NCBI GenBank assembly: GCA_028023455.1
Contig: JAQFVV010000003.1
Coordinates: 8,990,001 to 9,054,000 of the forward strand
Source of the DNA: Epiperipatus broadwayi
Lineage: Eukaryota > Animalia > Onychophora
Direction: 5' to 3'
DNA length: 64,000 bases
In this document: piece by piece, positions 13,337-24,514 of the stretch
How the letters are laid out: every line of letters starts with the position of its first letter
How positions within the stretch are numbered: the first letter of the stretch is position 1
Notes under the pieces: model-generated
The model's input: only the letters and a program-made list of their open reading frames with translations
Told to the model about the DNA's origin: nothing
Database searches by the model: none
Made by a program: the position numbers and the translations under genes

Positions 13337-14020
13337 ACTTATTTTATAAAGCGCAGACAGTATTGAAATTAAACTGAGAGCTGCAAACCTCTCAAGCGCT
13401 TGTGACTATCAACAGCCAACCAGGTCTTAAACACTGAGACAGAGAATTTAACAAGAAAAGGGTGGTTCCACCCTCTTCTTTACTTGTCTATCTATATATC
13501 CAAGCCAGTCTAAAGTACTTAGATCTGAAAGCATGAATCTTAAATATCTTTGCACTCAACTCACTGAGTTCAAATTACAAGCATACAGTGTGAAATCTTT
13601 CGATTTTCTATCCAGTAGTTTTTTTGATGTTATAACTTGCAGCAATATATGTAAATAATATTTATTTTATTTTATAAAGTGCAGATGGCATTCAACTCAC
13701 TGAGTTCAAATTACAAACATACAGTGTGAGATTTTCTATCCAGTAGTTTTTTGATGTTATAACTTGCAGCAATATATGTAAATAATATTTATTTTATTTT
13801 ATAAAGCGCAGACGGTATTGAGTTGAGTGTGAAGATATTTAAGATTCACACTTTCAGATCTAAGTACTTTAGACTGGCTTGGATATATAGATAGACAAGT
13901 AAAGAAGAGGGTGGAACCATCCTTTTCTTGTTAAACTCACTGCCTCAGTGTTTAAGATCTGATTGGCTGTTGATAGTCACAAGCGCTTGAGAGGTTTGGT
14001 TTGCAGCTCCCAGTTTAATT
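13337..14020. mobile_element. Young fold-back mini-element: ~195-bp inverted arms, tandem ~130-bp core, 14-bp target-site duplication
   Basis: Arm ~13367-13562 is the reverse complement of ~13820-14020. The core unit caactcactgagttcaaattac...ataaag(t/c)gcaga is repeated (~13557-13692, ~13693-13820). ttaaaattcatatt flanks at 13323-13336 and 14021-14034. Confidence 0.85.
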
Positions 14021-15329
14021 TTAAAATTCATATTGTAGTTTTACAATTAAGGTGTTACAATAAGTTGTAATAATATTGCAAGCAATAGCAAACTATCATT
14101 GATGATAATCAAATGCTACTTACTTGATTGCACTATTCTGTTTCTAATTGGTGTGCTTGCTTTTGAGCAGAGAAATAAACAAACATTAACATATACATTT
14201 AATATCTTATGTTGAAATGTATTATGATTATTATACTGAAACTTAAATACAAAATGATATCATTATATATGTTAATTGATTGTTAGCAATAACAGCTCAT
14301 TGTTTCTTCGTTGTCTCTTGTTCCTTAATATGAGGCTGTACCCAAGAGATTCTTTAGAGTTATAAAAATTGCTTTTCATCTGATCGCTAACATATACACT
14401 GCATCATATACATTTATTTCATGTGTGTGTGACTATTTTTTCTAAAGCTCATGCCTTATTTAATCTAAAATTAAGCATGTATTGTAATCGAAAAACTGCG
14501 TAAATACGACTATAAATATTAAATTGCTTATAAATTGTATCATAGTATTTGTTTTGATTGATGTTCAATTTCAGGACATTGTAAAATTCTCGAAGCAAAC
14601 AGTTAGTTGAGACGTAAACAGGAGATTATAAAATGCCAATGCAGGTGGTGACAGAATTGAATAGCGACATACTGCCATTCAATAAAAAGTTTAAATATCT
14701 AACAATGAGGGGAAAATCCAATTTAGCTTCTGAGCTGAAAAGCATTAGGATTTTATTGGTGCAACAATGAAAGGCTTTGTAATCCAATCATCATGTCTGA
14801 AAGCTATCGAAATTTGCTTTTTGAATAGTTCGTGTTCTTGCTTTTAACCGTTTTATTTGTTTAACTCAATCTAGTTAAAAACTGAGCAGTTAAATATTAT
14901 ATATATTCTTAAAACTATGAAATCCTTCTTCTCTGGCGATTGACTAGTTAAGATAATCATAGCTCAGGCTAAGAGGAATATGATACCTCTACCAAGGTTT
15001 TATCATATTGTCCTTTTTTTTTTTCAATTCACACATATTACTTTTTTTTTTTCAATTCGCACATCGCCACTTGGAATCTTTACTTTCAAAAAACAAAAAT
15101 TAAATATCAATTGACAACAACCTATTGGATAGTTACTTGAGTTGGCTATGTAATTGCTATCTGAAAAAAAAAAAAATCGAATCTTGTGATCTGAAAACAA
15201 AAATTCAAACTTTATCCCTTGTCATAGGTATTAGAAGGGGAAGTACTATTATTATGCTATAAGGCTCTTAACTAACATATTAAGACAAAAATAAACCATT
15301 GGCTTGTAAATTCCATATTACTATCAATG

Positions 15330-15600
15330 ATTCAGCAGATTAATCCGAATTAACCCAGACTTCTATTCTCTAGCCAATAGGATTCAAAAGCTGAAATTCT
15401 GTGGATCGCAGCTGTTATTTCCGGTACTCAATCTTATATAATCTTTTGGGAGACAAATCATTCGATTTCTTTATTTTACCGATGATTTCAAGCCCTGCGT
15501 AGTTTAAGAACAGTAATAGAGTAAAGATTCTCGGATCGATTCCGGTGCTGACTCTACCGGCGCTCGAACTTCTTATAAATTCTCGAGCAATAAGGCCATT
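15330..15600. promoter_or_regulatory. CpG-rich patch, putative promoter or enhancer
   Basis: About 13 CpGs in 270 bp; CCAAT near 15374, CAGCTG near 15409, TATATAA at 15435, TCATTC at 15458. Confidence 0.35.
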
Positions 15601-16584
15601 CAATTATTATTATTATTTTAATTAATAATTTTTACAATGAAAGGATTAATGAAAAATCATTTAGAACTAAAAATAGGAGTTTCCTACTGTTACCAATTTA
15701 TTTATTCCCTTCCTTCTTTTTTAAAACAAAAAATATATCAATAACAATTTGTTTAATCTGTTCATTTATTATTTAATTATGTTACATCATGCTAATGTTA
15801 CCATGGAAATAAAATAGTATTTTTCTCAGATAGCTTGCGATCGGAATACAGATCATAAAGATTTTCTCAAACAATTTACCAAAAACACATACAATTCATA
15901 AATCATATAAAGTATAAATTTTTGTATCCGTATATATACAAAAGTAAAAATATCTATGGCATCAGCAAATATGTAGAACTAAACATCCCCACCCTTTTAT
16001 ATTTGTGGTGGCAAATATATATTGTAATTATAATTATAATTTTAAAATTAATATAACATTCATTTAACTAACCAATTTACATTAATCTGGAAAACATTAA
16101 TTTCCATTTAAGAATAGTTAGATACCCATTTACCAATCACTATTAAGATTGCCTTTGATGGATTGTTTACAGATTATCCATCGTAAAAAAAGTCTTAAAT
16201 CTGTAAACTAAAATTTTAATTTTCACTTGGCCTGGATTTGACTTCAATCTTTAGCAAAGATTAAATTAGGATTGTCACTCGTCAGTGTATAGCGACCACA
16301 AACTTTGCTGATGCAAAAATTAGGCCATATAAGATAAAAACCAAGTTTTAATTTTTCATTTATGTCTAGTGCATAAGAGCACCATCATTGTTCTAAGACA
16401 ATGCATTGATATTCTTACAGATTCTAATCCTACTCTCTTACTAACTGCATAATATTTTACTTAGTTCATAATTATTTCTGAACTTCATATTTACAACTAA
16501 ATGTTTTATTTCATCATCATATAAGTATATTATTACCACATATATATCATTATTATCATGTATTTAAATTACCGTCATTACATA

Positions 16585-16812
16585 GTTCTACTATCATCTT
16601 CATCTAGTCATATTATCATTATATATATTATCATATATCTCTTCATCACTGTTGTAACACACACACTTACTTATATATATAATAAATAATCATAACTTGT
16701 TCTACTATCATCTTCATCTAGTCATATTATCATTATATATATTATCATATATCTCTTCATCACTGTTGTAACACACACACTTACTTATATATATAATAAA
16801 TAATCATAACTT
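16585..16812. repeat. Perfect 114-bp tandem duplication
   Basis: gttctactatcatcttcatc...aataatcataactt at 16585-16698 and 16699-16812. Confidence 0.95.
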
Positions 16813-16896
16813 TTAGATATCTGTAATTGAAATGGAAGTAACCATATTCAACTGAGTTATGCAACATCAAAACCATGAATAGACACACATATAAAT

Positions 16897-17945
16897 TTAT
16901 TTATATGTTAGACTATTTCCATCATATTCATATTCAAATTACATTCAATTGTTAAAATAACACACAAATTAATATATAGACAATATATAGACATTTCCCT
17001 CTATTCTTCAGGTTTTGCTAGCCTGACAAATAACACAGTATTAGCATGTGAATCAAACCTGGACTTTTAGATTCTTGAATAATTAATTCTAAGGATACTG
17101 CTTTAATCAAATGAGTTATCCTGCCAAAGGCAGCAGTTAGTATAAATTATATATTTATCTATGAGTTTCCCCTAACTTCTCCACTTTTTTCTAAGAACAA
17201 ACTTAATTAGAGGTTTCCAGACATTATGTATAGGCACACTAGGTTGACTTATTGGGTTGTTTGCAATTGTCATGTGAGCAGCTTCTTTTAATTTTTCTCT
17301 CTAGTTAATATTTTTATCAAGCATATGTTTTCATTGGTACACACATAATCTGTTACTTTACACATGTGTAATGGGATGAATGGTCTTACCAATATTCATC
17401 CTACCACATTCTCATGATATTTTATAGATATATAGTTTTTGCTTTTCAAGTTTAGGCTTTTTAGATGTTAGAATTCATCATAGTGTGATATGGCTCAGGA
17501 AAACTGTTCTGATGTTAATTACTTTAATTTTTCTGTTATTCATGGTATGTATGAATACACTTCAATACTAATAATGGATTTTTTAAATTCTTTTTGTTAT
17601 CTATTTAAGGTTTTTTTAATGGCAGCATTGTTCTATATGGATCTTTTTTTTTCAAATCACTAGTTCTAAACAAACTTCTTTCACTCTGTTCCATAGTGAT
17701 AGTATAACTTGATGTTTTGAGTGTCTGGTGTGATTCAATGTATATGCTAAGTATTTTCCTGTATGTGTAGCTTTTTTATAAACTGTAGTTTGATTTTACC
17801 TTGAGGGAGTCTTGTTACAAGAACATCTAAGAATACCAATTATTGTTCTTGTTCTGACTGTATTGTGAATTTAATTGAAGGAGATATGTTGATGATGTAT
17901 TTTTAGAAAGTTTTTAGTAGTGCTTCATTCACCATGTGGCCATAT
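16897..17945 (-). mobile_element. Inverted partial copy of a Penelope-like element (RT C-terminus, GIY-YIG, 3' pLTR-like region)
   Basis: The reverse complement aligns by eye to 18730-19650 and 22230-22607 (WPHGE..IKFT..EQE..LVFLDVLV; IYKIS*ECGRMNIGKT). Confidence 0.85.
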
Positions 17946-17949
17946 GTAG

Positions 17950-19650
17950 AAAGTCATTCAAAAATTGCTTTTCAAAAGAAGTAGCAGAATTGTGCTGGAG
18001 AATAAATAGAACACTTGAGAGGCAATAAAAATCGAAGTCAAACATTTTATATGATAAGAAAATCTTTCAAAGTACATAAATCTATAATCATTCTTCTTGC
18101 TGACAAAGTCAATGTGATAGGTATAATAAATATAATTGATTATGACAACAAAATACAAGAATTTGTCACAGTAGCCAATACAAAAAAATGGTAAACAATC
18201 CAACACTGAATACAGAAACAAATGACTCAGAAAAAAAGTAAATTAACATTGTATTTCAGCAACAAAATTTTTCATCTTATATTCTGCCTAAAATCCATAA
18301 GGATAATGTTCCATTATGACATATTGTTAGTTCTGAAATTCACTTTGACAAAACTTGTCAAGTTCTTAATCCTTGGATATAAGACTCAGTCCTTTTTCAG
18401 TTATTCTAAGCACTTTGTAGAATTAATCAAGAACATGAAAACTGAAAGAACTGACATACTAGTAAGTTTTGATGTGGAAAGTTTATACACAAATGTATCA
18501 TGTGAGGAAGTATTGTCTATTGAAACATTTAAATATTGATAGTAAATGCACAGCAGTAAACTTTTAGTACAACACAGAATTCTTCCAACAAAATCAAGAG
18601 ATGGCTATGGACTCACTATTGTTAGCTCTAATCAACAATATTTACATAGAAGAACTTGAAACAACAGCCATAAAAACTACTGCATATCCACCTAAAGTTT
18701 GGCTTTACTATGTTGATGATACATTTGTTGTATGGGCACATGGTGAATCATTACTAAAAACTTTCTGGAAATGCATAAACAACACATCTTCAATTAAAGT
18801 CACAATAAAATCAGAACAAGAACAAAAATTGGTATTTTTAGATAAGGAAAATCAAAACTACAGTTTTCAGAAAACCCATACATAAAGAAAAATACTTAGC
18901 ACATACATTCAATCACAACAGAAACACAAAACATGGAGTTATACTACCACTATGGAACATTTCTATATAGAACAAACCTTTATAAAGAATAGTTATCTAT
19001 CAGTTGGTTATTAAAAAACCTTAAAAAGATAACAAAAACAATCATCAAAAGAAAAAACAATTATTGGTATTTTTAAATTGCGCTTTATGCAAAAAAGTGA
19101 AGCTTAGTATTATTAAAAAAGAATTATACAGGTGAGCACTTTTTCTAATAATACTAAGCTTCATTTTTTTGCATAAAGTGCAATTTAAAACTTACTACTC
19201 AAAGGTGAAGTAAAAACAAGGATTTTGTTTCGATTATTAATATTGGAGAGTATCCATACATACCAGAGAAATGAAACAAAATCTGCAATCAATAAAAAAT
19301 CAGAACAGCTTTTCAGAATTATACCACTCTATGAGAAATTCTAACATCTATGAAACCTAAACTTGAAATGCTGTAAAGCAAAAACAGCATCTATGAAATA
19401 GCATGTGATTGTGGAAGGATGCAAATTGGTGATATTAATTACCTCATTAAAAGCAATTGCAAGAGCACAAACTGATAATTAGAAAAGAAAAAACAGATAT
19501 GTCTAAAGCAGCAGACCATGTATGTAATAAATATATGTTCAATTGGAAAAATGCAAAAATATTGAATAGAGAAAAAAATATATAAAAAAGAAAATTCAAA
19601 AAAGCTGCTCACAGGATAATTGGGAAAATCCCATAACTCAACCTAATGTG
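17950..19650 (+). mobile_element. Degenerate Penelope-like element: RT + GIY-YIG endonuclease
   Basis: IIILLADKVN..DYDNKI, LPKIHKDNVPL*HIVS, LVSFDVESLYTNV, MAMDS..NIYIEELE..PKVWLYYVDDTFVVWAHG, IYEIACDCGRMQIG. Confidence 0.92.
19071..19190. repeat. Near-perfect hairpin (45-bp arms, 30-nt loop) inside the Penelope copy
   Basis: 19071-19115 is the reverse complement of 19146-19190 with two mismatches; absent from the inverted copy. Confidence 0.9.
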
Positions 19651-20259
19651 ACTTTACTGAAGCAAAATATATGCAATTCACTTATATCATATAAAAATTT
19701 CATTAATAATTTTTTAAATGAAAGTTATTAAAATATTTTGTTTACTGCACAGAATGTGTATATAAGTATATGCATGTATAAAATATATTAGGCCTCATTA
19801 ATTCTAAATTAATGTTAAGAAATTTAAACAAAGTTTAAAAAATATTTTATTAATTACCAAATGTAAAGTTATTGTATAATTAGATGAATGGAAATGACAT
19901 TATTTTTATAAATGTAATTAAGTTTTAGATAGTCAAACCAGCTAATTAGGAGATTAATATTATATGTTGTCTAGTTAAAATATTTTCTTTTCTTGTATTA
20001 TAATCCCTTTTTAAAGCTAATTTTTGTAAAGTCTGTAATTGGTCACTAAAGCACAGACCACAGTGAAGTTTAGGACTAACCTACAACCAGTAGATGGATA
20101 TATGGATTTTTACCTTGATGAAAACTGATTTTATTGATAAGACAGCTCAATGAACGATAAAAAGGGATCTCTCAGAAGATCAATTATTATGTTTTTTGAT
20201 TTGTTTATTTATTTCATCTTAATCATTGGAATTACTGTTAAAATATAATTGCAATAGGC

Positions 20260-20720
20260 TGTTGTATTGTGGAAGAGTAGAAAAGCATATTGTCCACTCC
20301 ACTTTGTCCAAGCATGTTGAGTGCAAGCTTAAGTCAATTGTGAAGTGCTGAGAAGAGGCATAAATTACTGTAAAATCATTCCATTGATCATTGTGGCCAG
20401 CTATCTAAATTTAGAAGTGTTCTATAGCTTTGTGGAAGAGATCAGTCATCATTTGGCAATAGAAACATCATCATATGCTGCCCACTGAATAAACTAGAAG
20501 AGCCAATATCAATGGAAGCATGCATTAATGAAGACCATTGCAGTCAGCAAGAATGATTTTATAGAAGCTTTGCAGAAGACTGCAGACATAGCTATGTTTA
20601 TATCTACTGTTCCACAAAAATTCTGCAGATACATGAATTCATAATATGAATGATTAAAGATGAAACTTTAATTATATAAACTTTAATTATATGCCATTAT
20701 GACTTTATTTCACTAACATT
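20260..20720 (+). mobile_element. Possible heavily deleted mariner-type transposase relic
   Basis: KSQYQWKH resembles the mariner K.QS.QW.H motif; the remainder is too degenerate to confirm. Confidence 0.3.
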
Positions 20721-22229
20721 AGATATTTAATCTCCCATATGTGCATATTTCATTTCCCCTGAATGTTTTTGTATAGATTATTATGATTTATTTGGCATAG
20801 AGATATATATGATTAGAGATCAGAATGGTGCTGGAGAGCCTAATTTTATTAGAGACCTTGGTTCAGATGGTGTAACATAAAAAGAAATTATTTATAATAA
20901 AATAATGAGCCAATCATTGCAAACCTTTGCCATTCCCTAAAAAGTTTCTTTAGTATTATTATTTCAGTTAATTAGTTTGAAAACAAGAGTTAATAATGGT
21001 CATTTTCACTAGCCTAAAGTGTAATAAGTGTTAAGTGTAGGAATAATAATTTAACCTATAATGTAAATAATACTGATTAATGGCTTCTGAATAGAGTAAA
21101 ATGCTGCATAGACATATTGAATGTATTGAGAAATATGATTTTAATCACTATAAAAAACATACAGTTGTAATTAAAAATCCCTTACTGGTTATGGATAGGC
21201 AGACATAGGGAGGATATTTACAGATTATATAAGCCAAGTATTATGTGATATTATTTCAGGCTGGTTTATTTATATTTATTTTTGATGGTCTAGAAACAAG
21301 TATAAAGCAGATGATTTTCTTGTCACTTGCACATAGTGACTTAATTCTTATTAATATTTATTTAGTAGAGGCATATTTCTGCCATATATCTTATGTTATA
21401 TATATTCTTTGGTTGTTCATAAACAAGTGTAAAGCAGATGCTTTTCCTGCCACTTATACTTGACATATTATGATTATCATTATTTATCAGGTGGAAGCTC
21501 ATTCCTAGCATTTAGTTCTTAAATCTCAGTCACTAATGTCAGGTAGATGTATATTTCCTACCTGAGTATTTGCTAATATTTATTCAAATGCTATTGAAAT
21601 AGATGATGCATGTGACAGTTACGTTATTCACTTATAAATTATTTGCTTAGTATAATTCTCCAATCTCTGTAACCTGAAGTGCTTTAGATTAATCTCAGCC
21701 ATTTAATATATTTTATATAAATGATGTTTAGCATATCTTTGTGCCCGTGCATGAGATTGACAGTTCATGAATCTGGGTTGTGACCAGTTATACTAATAGG
21801 TAATAGTATTTACAGTTGGTCTGTGCAATGAATCTGTATTTATCTAGGGACAATTAAGGTGTCTGGTGCTGTATATTGTCTTTGCAAAATGAGGCAATAA
21901 ATTTTTCATCAAACTAGCTAGGCAGTTAAATAAAACTGATAAAACAAATAGATCATTGAGTTTTGTTATACTGAATTTAATCCCAGATAAAAGATGTAGA
22001 CTGATGTTTCCCAAGGGTTTCTGACAATTATGTTATTATTTGTTTGGTGATTATATATATATATCCGTAATTTCTCATTATTCTAACATTTGTTTTTTAT
22101 TGCAATCTATCAATAATGATAATTAAAATATGATGAGTCTCTTGCATCTAATTGAATTTAGTGGGATATAAAAAGAAAAAGTTTTTGATCATGTGACATC
22201 AGAATATAAAGCTGTATGTAGATTACCTG

Positions 22230-22607
22230 CCCATTACAATACATGATGTCTTAAAATCACTAATTAACTTTGCTCTTAGAAAAAAGTAGAAAAAAGAGAA
22301 ACTTATAGATAAATATATAAAATTTCTACTAACTGTTGGCTTTGGCAGGATGGCTCATTTGGTTAAAGCTTTACATTAAAATTAAATATTCAAAAATTTA
22401 AAAGTCCAGGTTTGATTCACATGCTAGTATTGTCACTGGTCAGACTAGGAAGAGAGGAAAATAACACCACTCAAAATGTTGTGTATATTTTAACCTGTGT
22501 GCTATTACTAACAGTTGAATATAATTGGAAAATTTAAATGAAGTTAAATTTTTCTAAGACATTCAATATTTAATATTAGATGATGGAAATGGCCCAACAT
22601 ATAAATA
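22230..22607 (+). mobile_element. Detached 3' end (pLTR-like) of the plus-strand Penelope copy, with tRNA-like segment and hammerhead-like relic
   Basis: Matches the reverse complement of 16897-17235 and resumes where 19650 stops. tRNA-like segment 22344-22426; gaagagag..ctcaaaatgttg at 22449-22481. Confidence 0.8.
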
Positions 22608-22913
22608 CAACTAAAATGCCATCAACACAAAACTTTAGACAAATAATATGAATTCATTGTTACCATATACATTTGTATAACACCTGCTGCAATTCTGACA
22701 GTGATAAAACAAAAAAAAATCTACAATGCTGTTATATTATATTGTCTAAAAAATGATTTTAATTGAAAGAAAAATATTTTCTTAAATCATTAGGCTAACC
22801 ACAGTTATAAAAAAAATATTAACATTTTTTAAAAAAATTACAAAATTTAAACTAAAAAAATAAAATAATATAAAATTATTATTATTTAAGATCTAACGTT
22901 ATATTTAAGATAT

Positions 22914-23010
22914 TAAAACAGGCAAAACTCTCCATGCAGTAGTGCCACCCATGAGCAAACATAAGAAATGGTGATCATGTGATGTTTGATGGTTTTATAT
23001 TTAAGACATA
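22914..23010. mobile_element. Short internally inverted fragment related to the 3' part of the CR1-like LINE
   Basis: 22914-22960 resembles 8955-9000 (+); 22962-23010 resembles the reverse complement of ~8895-8940. Confidence 0.55.
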
Positions 23011-24435
23011 TTATTCGTTAGAAATTAATAATTTATATATTTTGTAATATATTAAATGTTTATATCAGTCTGGCATCTTTTTTTTTTTTTTAGTTTAGAG
23101 CAGTTTTAAATTTTTATAGGTATTATATTTTTGAAATCTTCTAAATTTTTTTCTCTTGTGTTATTTGTTCATTTCTTCTATTTTTCATTTCAGCTAACAT
23201 TTTTATTTCTGCTATTTCCTTGTTTTCTTGTAATTGAAACTTTACATATTAACAAATTGCTTCTGGATTTACAGATTCTAGTGATTTAGAAAATACATTC
23301 TAAGTTTCTTTAGGGTTTCCATGGAAATTTGACTGACTTTTCTATCACAAAGGTTGACTGTGACATGCTTGGAAAAGGTTCAGAAATTGAAAAAAGGGTG
23401 TCTAAACTGTGCGCCTCAGTACTAACTGAATCACTATGTGCATATTCCATTATTTTGAAAGATTTTCACTGCAGCATTTTAAGATAGCTGCTTGCTACAA
23501 TTATATATACATAGTAGAATTCCTGAAGCTATTATTTGCTCTCTTCTAATTTCTTTACCTCCAAATAATCATAAATCTAAGCAATGTGGATTAATTTAAC
23601 AAAAGATCTTAGCTTTTTCTGCCCCTTTTAAATCTCGTATTTTTCAAATTCACCATTTTTAAGTAATCTTTTAATTACATCCTTCTTTTCTTCTTAATAA
23701 AACACGTTTTTCTGAATTTGTCTTTAGATTGTAATCCTTTTCTTGTTTAATGAAAAGCAATTTAATCAAGTTTCAAAAACATACTTGTATTTTCATTTCA
23801 AATATATATTCTTACCTGAATTATAATTATTTATATATTTTAAAGAAATGTAATTATTTGTGCATTTTTATTAATTTTATTGTTAAAAAAGTATTGTTAT
23901 TCTATTTCTAACAAATTTTAACTTTATTAAAATCAATTTTTATCGTAGAAAATTTTTTTTTATTAAAATTATAAGTTTCTTAATAATCTTAATAGTAAAT
24001 TGAAGCAAATATTCTTATATATTTTTTTTCTCTAGAATGTGTAACTTTTATAACTTATAATATCTGAATTTATTTAACACTGAAAATATAAATATTAATG
24101 GCATTGTTTTTTTGTATTCTAACTATATTAAAAAATATTTTCTAATTGCTAAAATGATATTTCTCATTAATGCACATACTTTTACATATTTTGTTTACTG
24201 TTATTTGACTGAATTAAATATCCATCCATTTTATTACATATATATATATAAATGAAAAATGGGAATTAAAGAAAATTAACAATATTTGGAAAAATCTATT
24301 AGAGAATAAAATATTTTTTAAAACTTTTCAACCAATAGAATTTGAGAATGAGGAGAAAATAACAAAAGAAAAAATAACGATTTTAAATCTCACAACACAT
24401 ATTCTTATGATTTGAGAAACAAGCTCTGAATAAAT

Positions 24436-24514
24436 TGTTATTGTACTAAAATGTCAGCTATTTAGTTATTATATTTTAATTGCACAGATGCTCCTGGAAA
24501 TAATACTATGAATT
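24436..24514. repeat. Half copy (loop + one arm) of the 57.7-kb hairpin element
   Basis: tgtactaaaatgtcagctatttagttattatattttaattgcacagatgctcctggaaataatactatgaattt matches 57777-57849. Confidence 0.75.
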
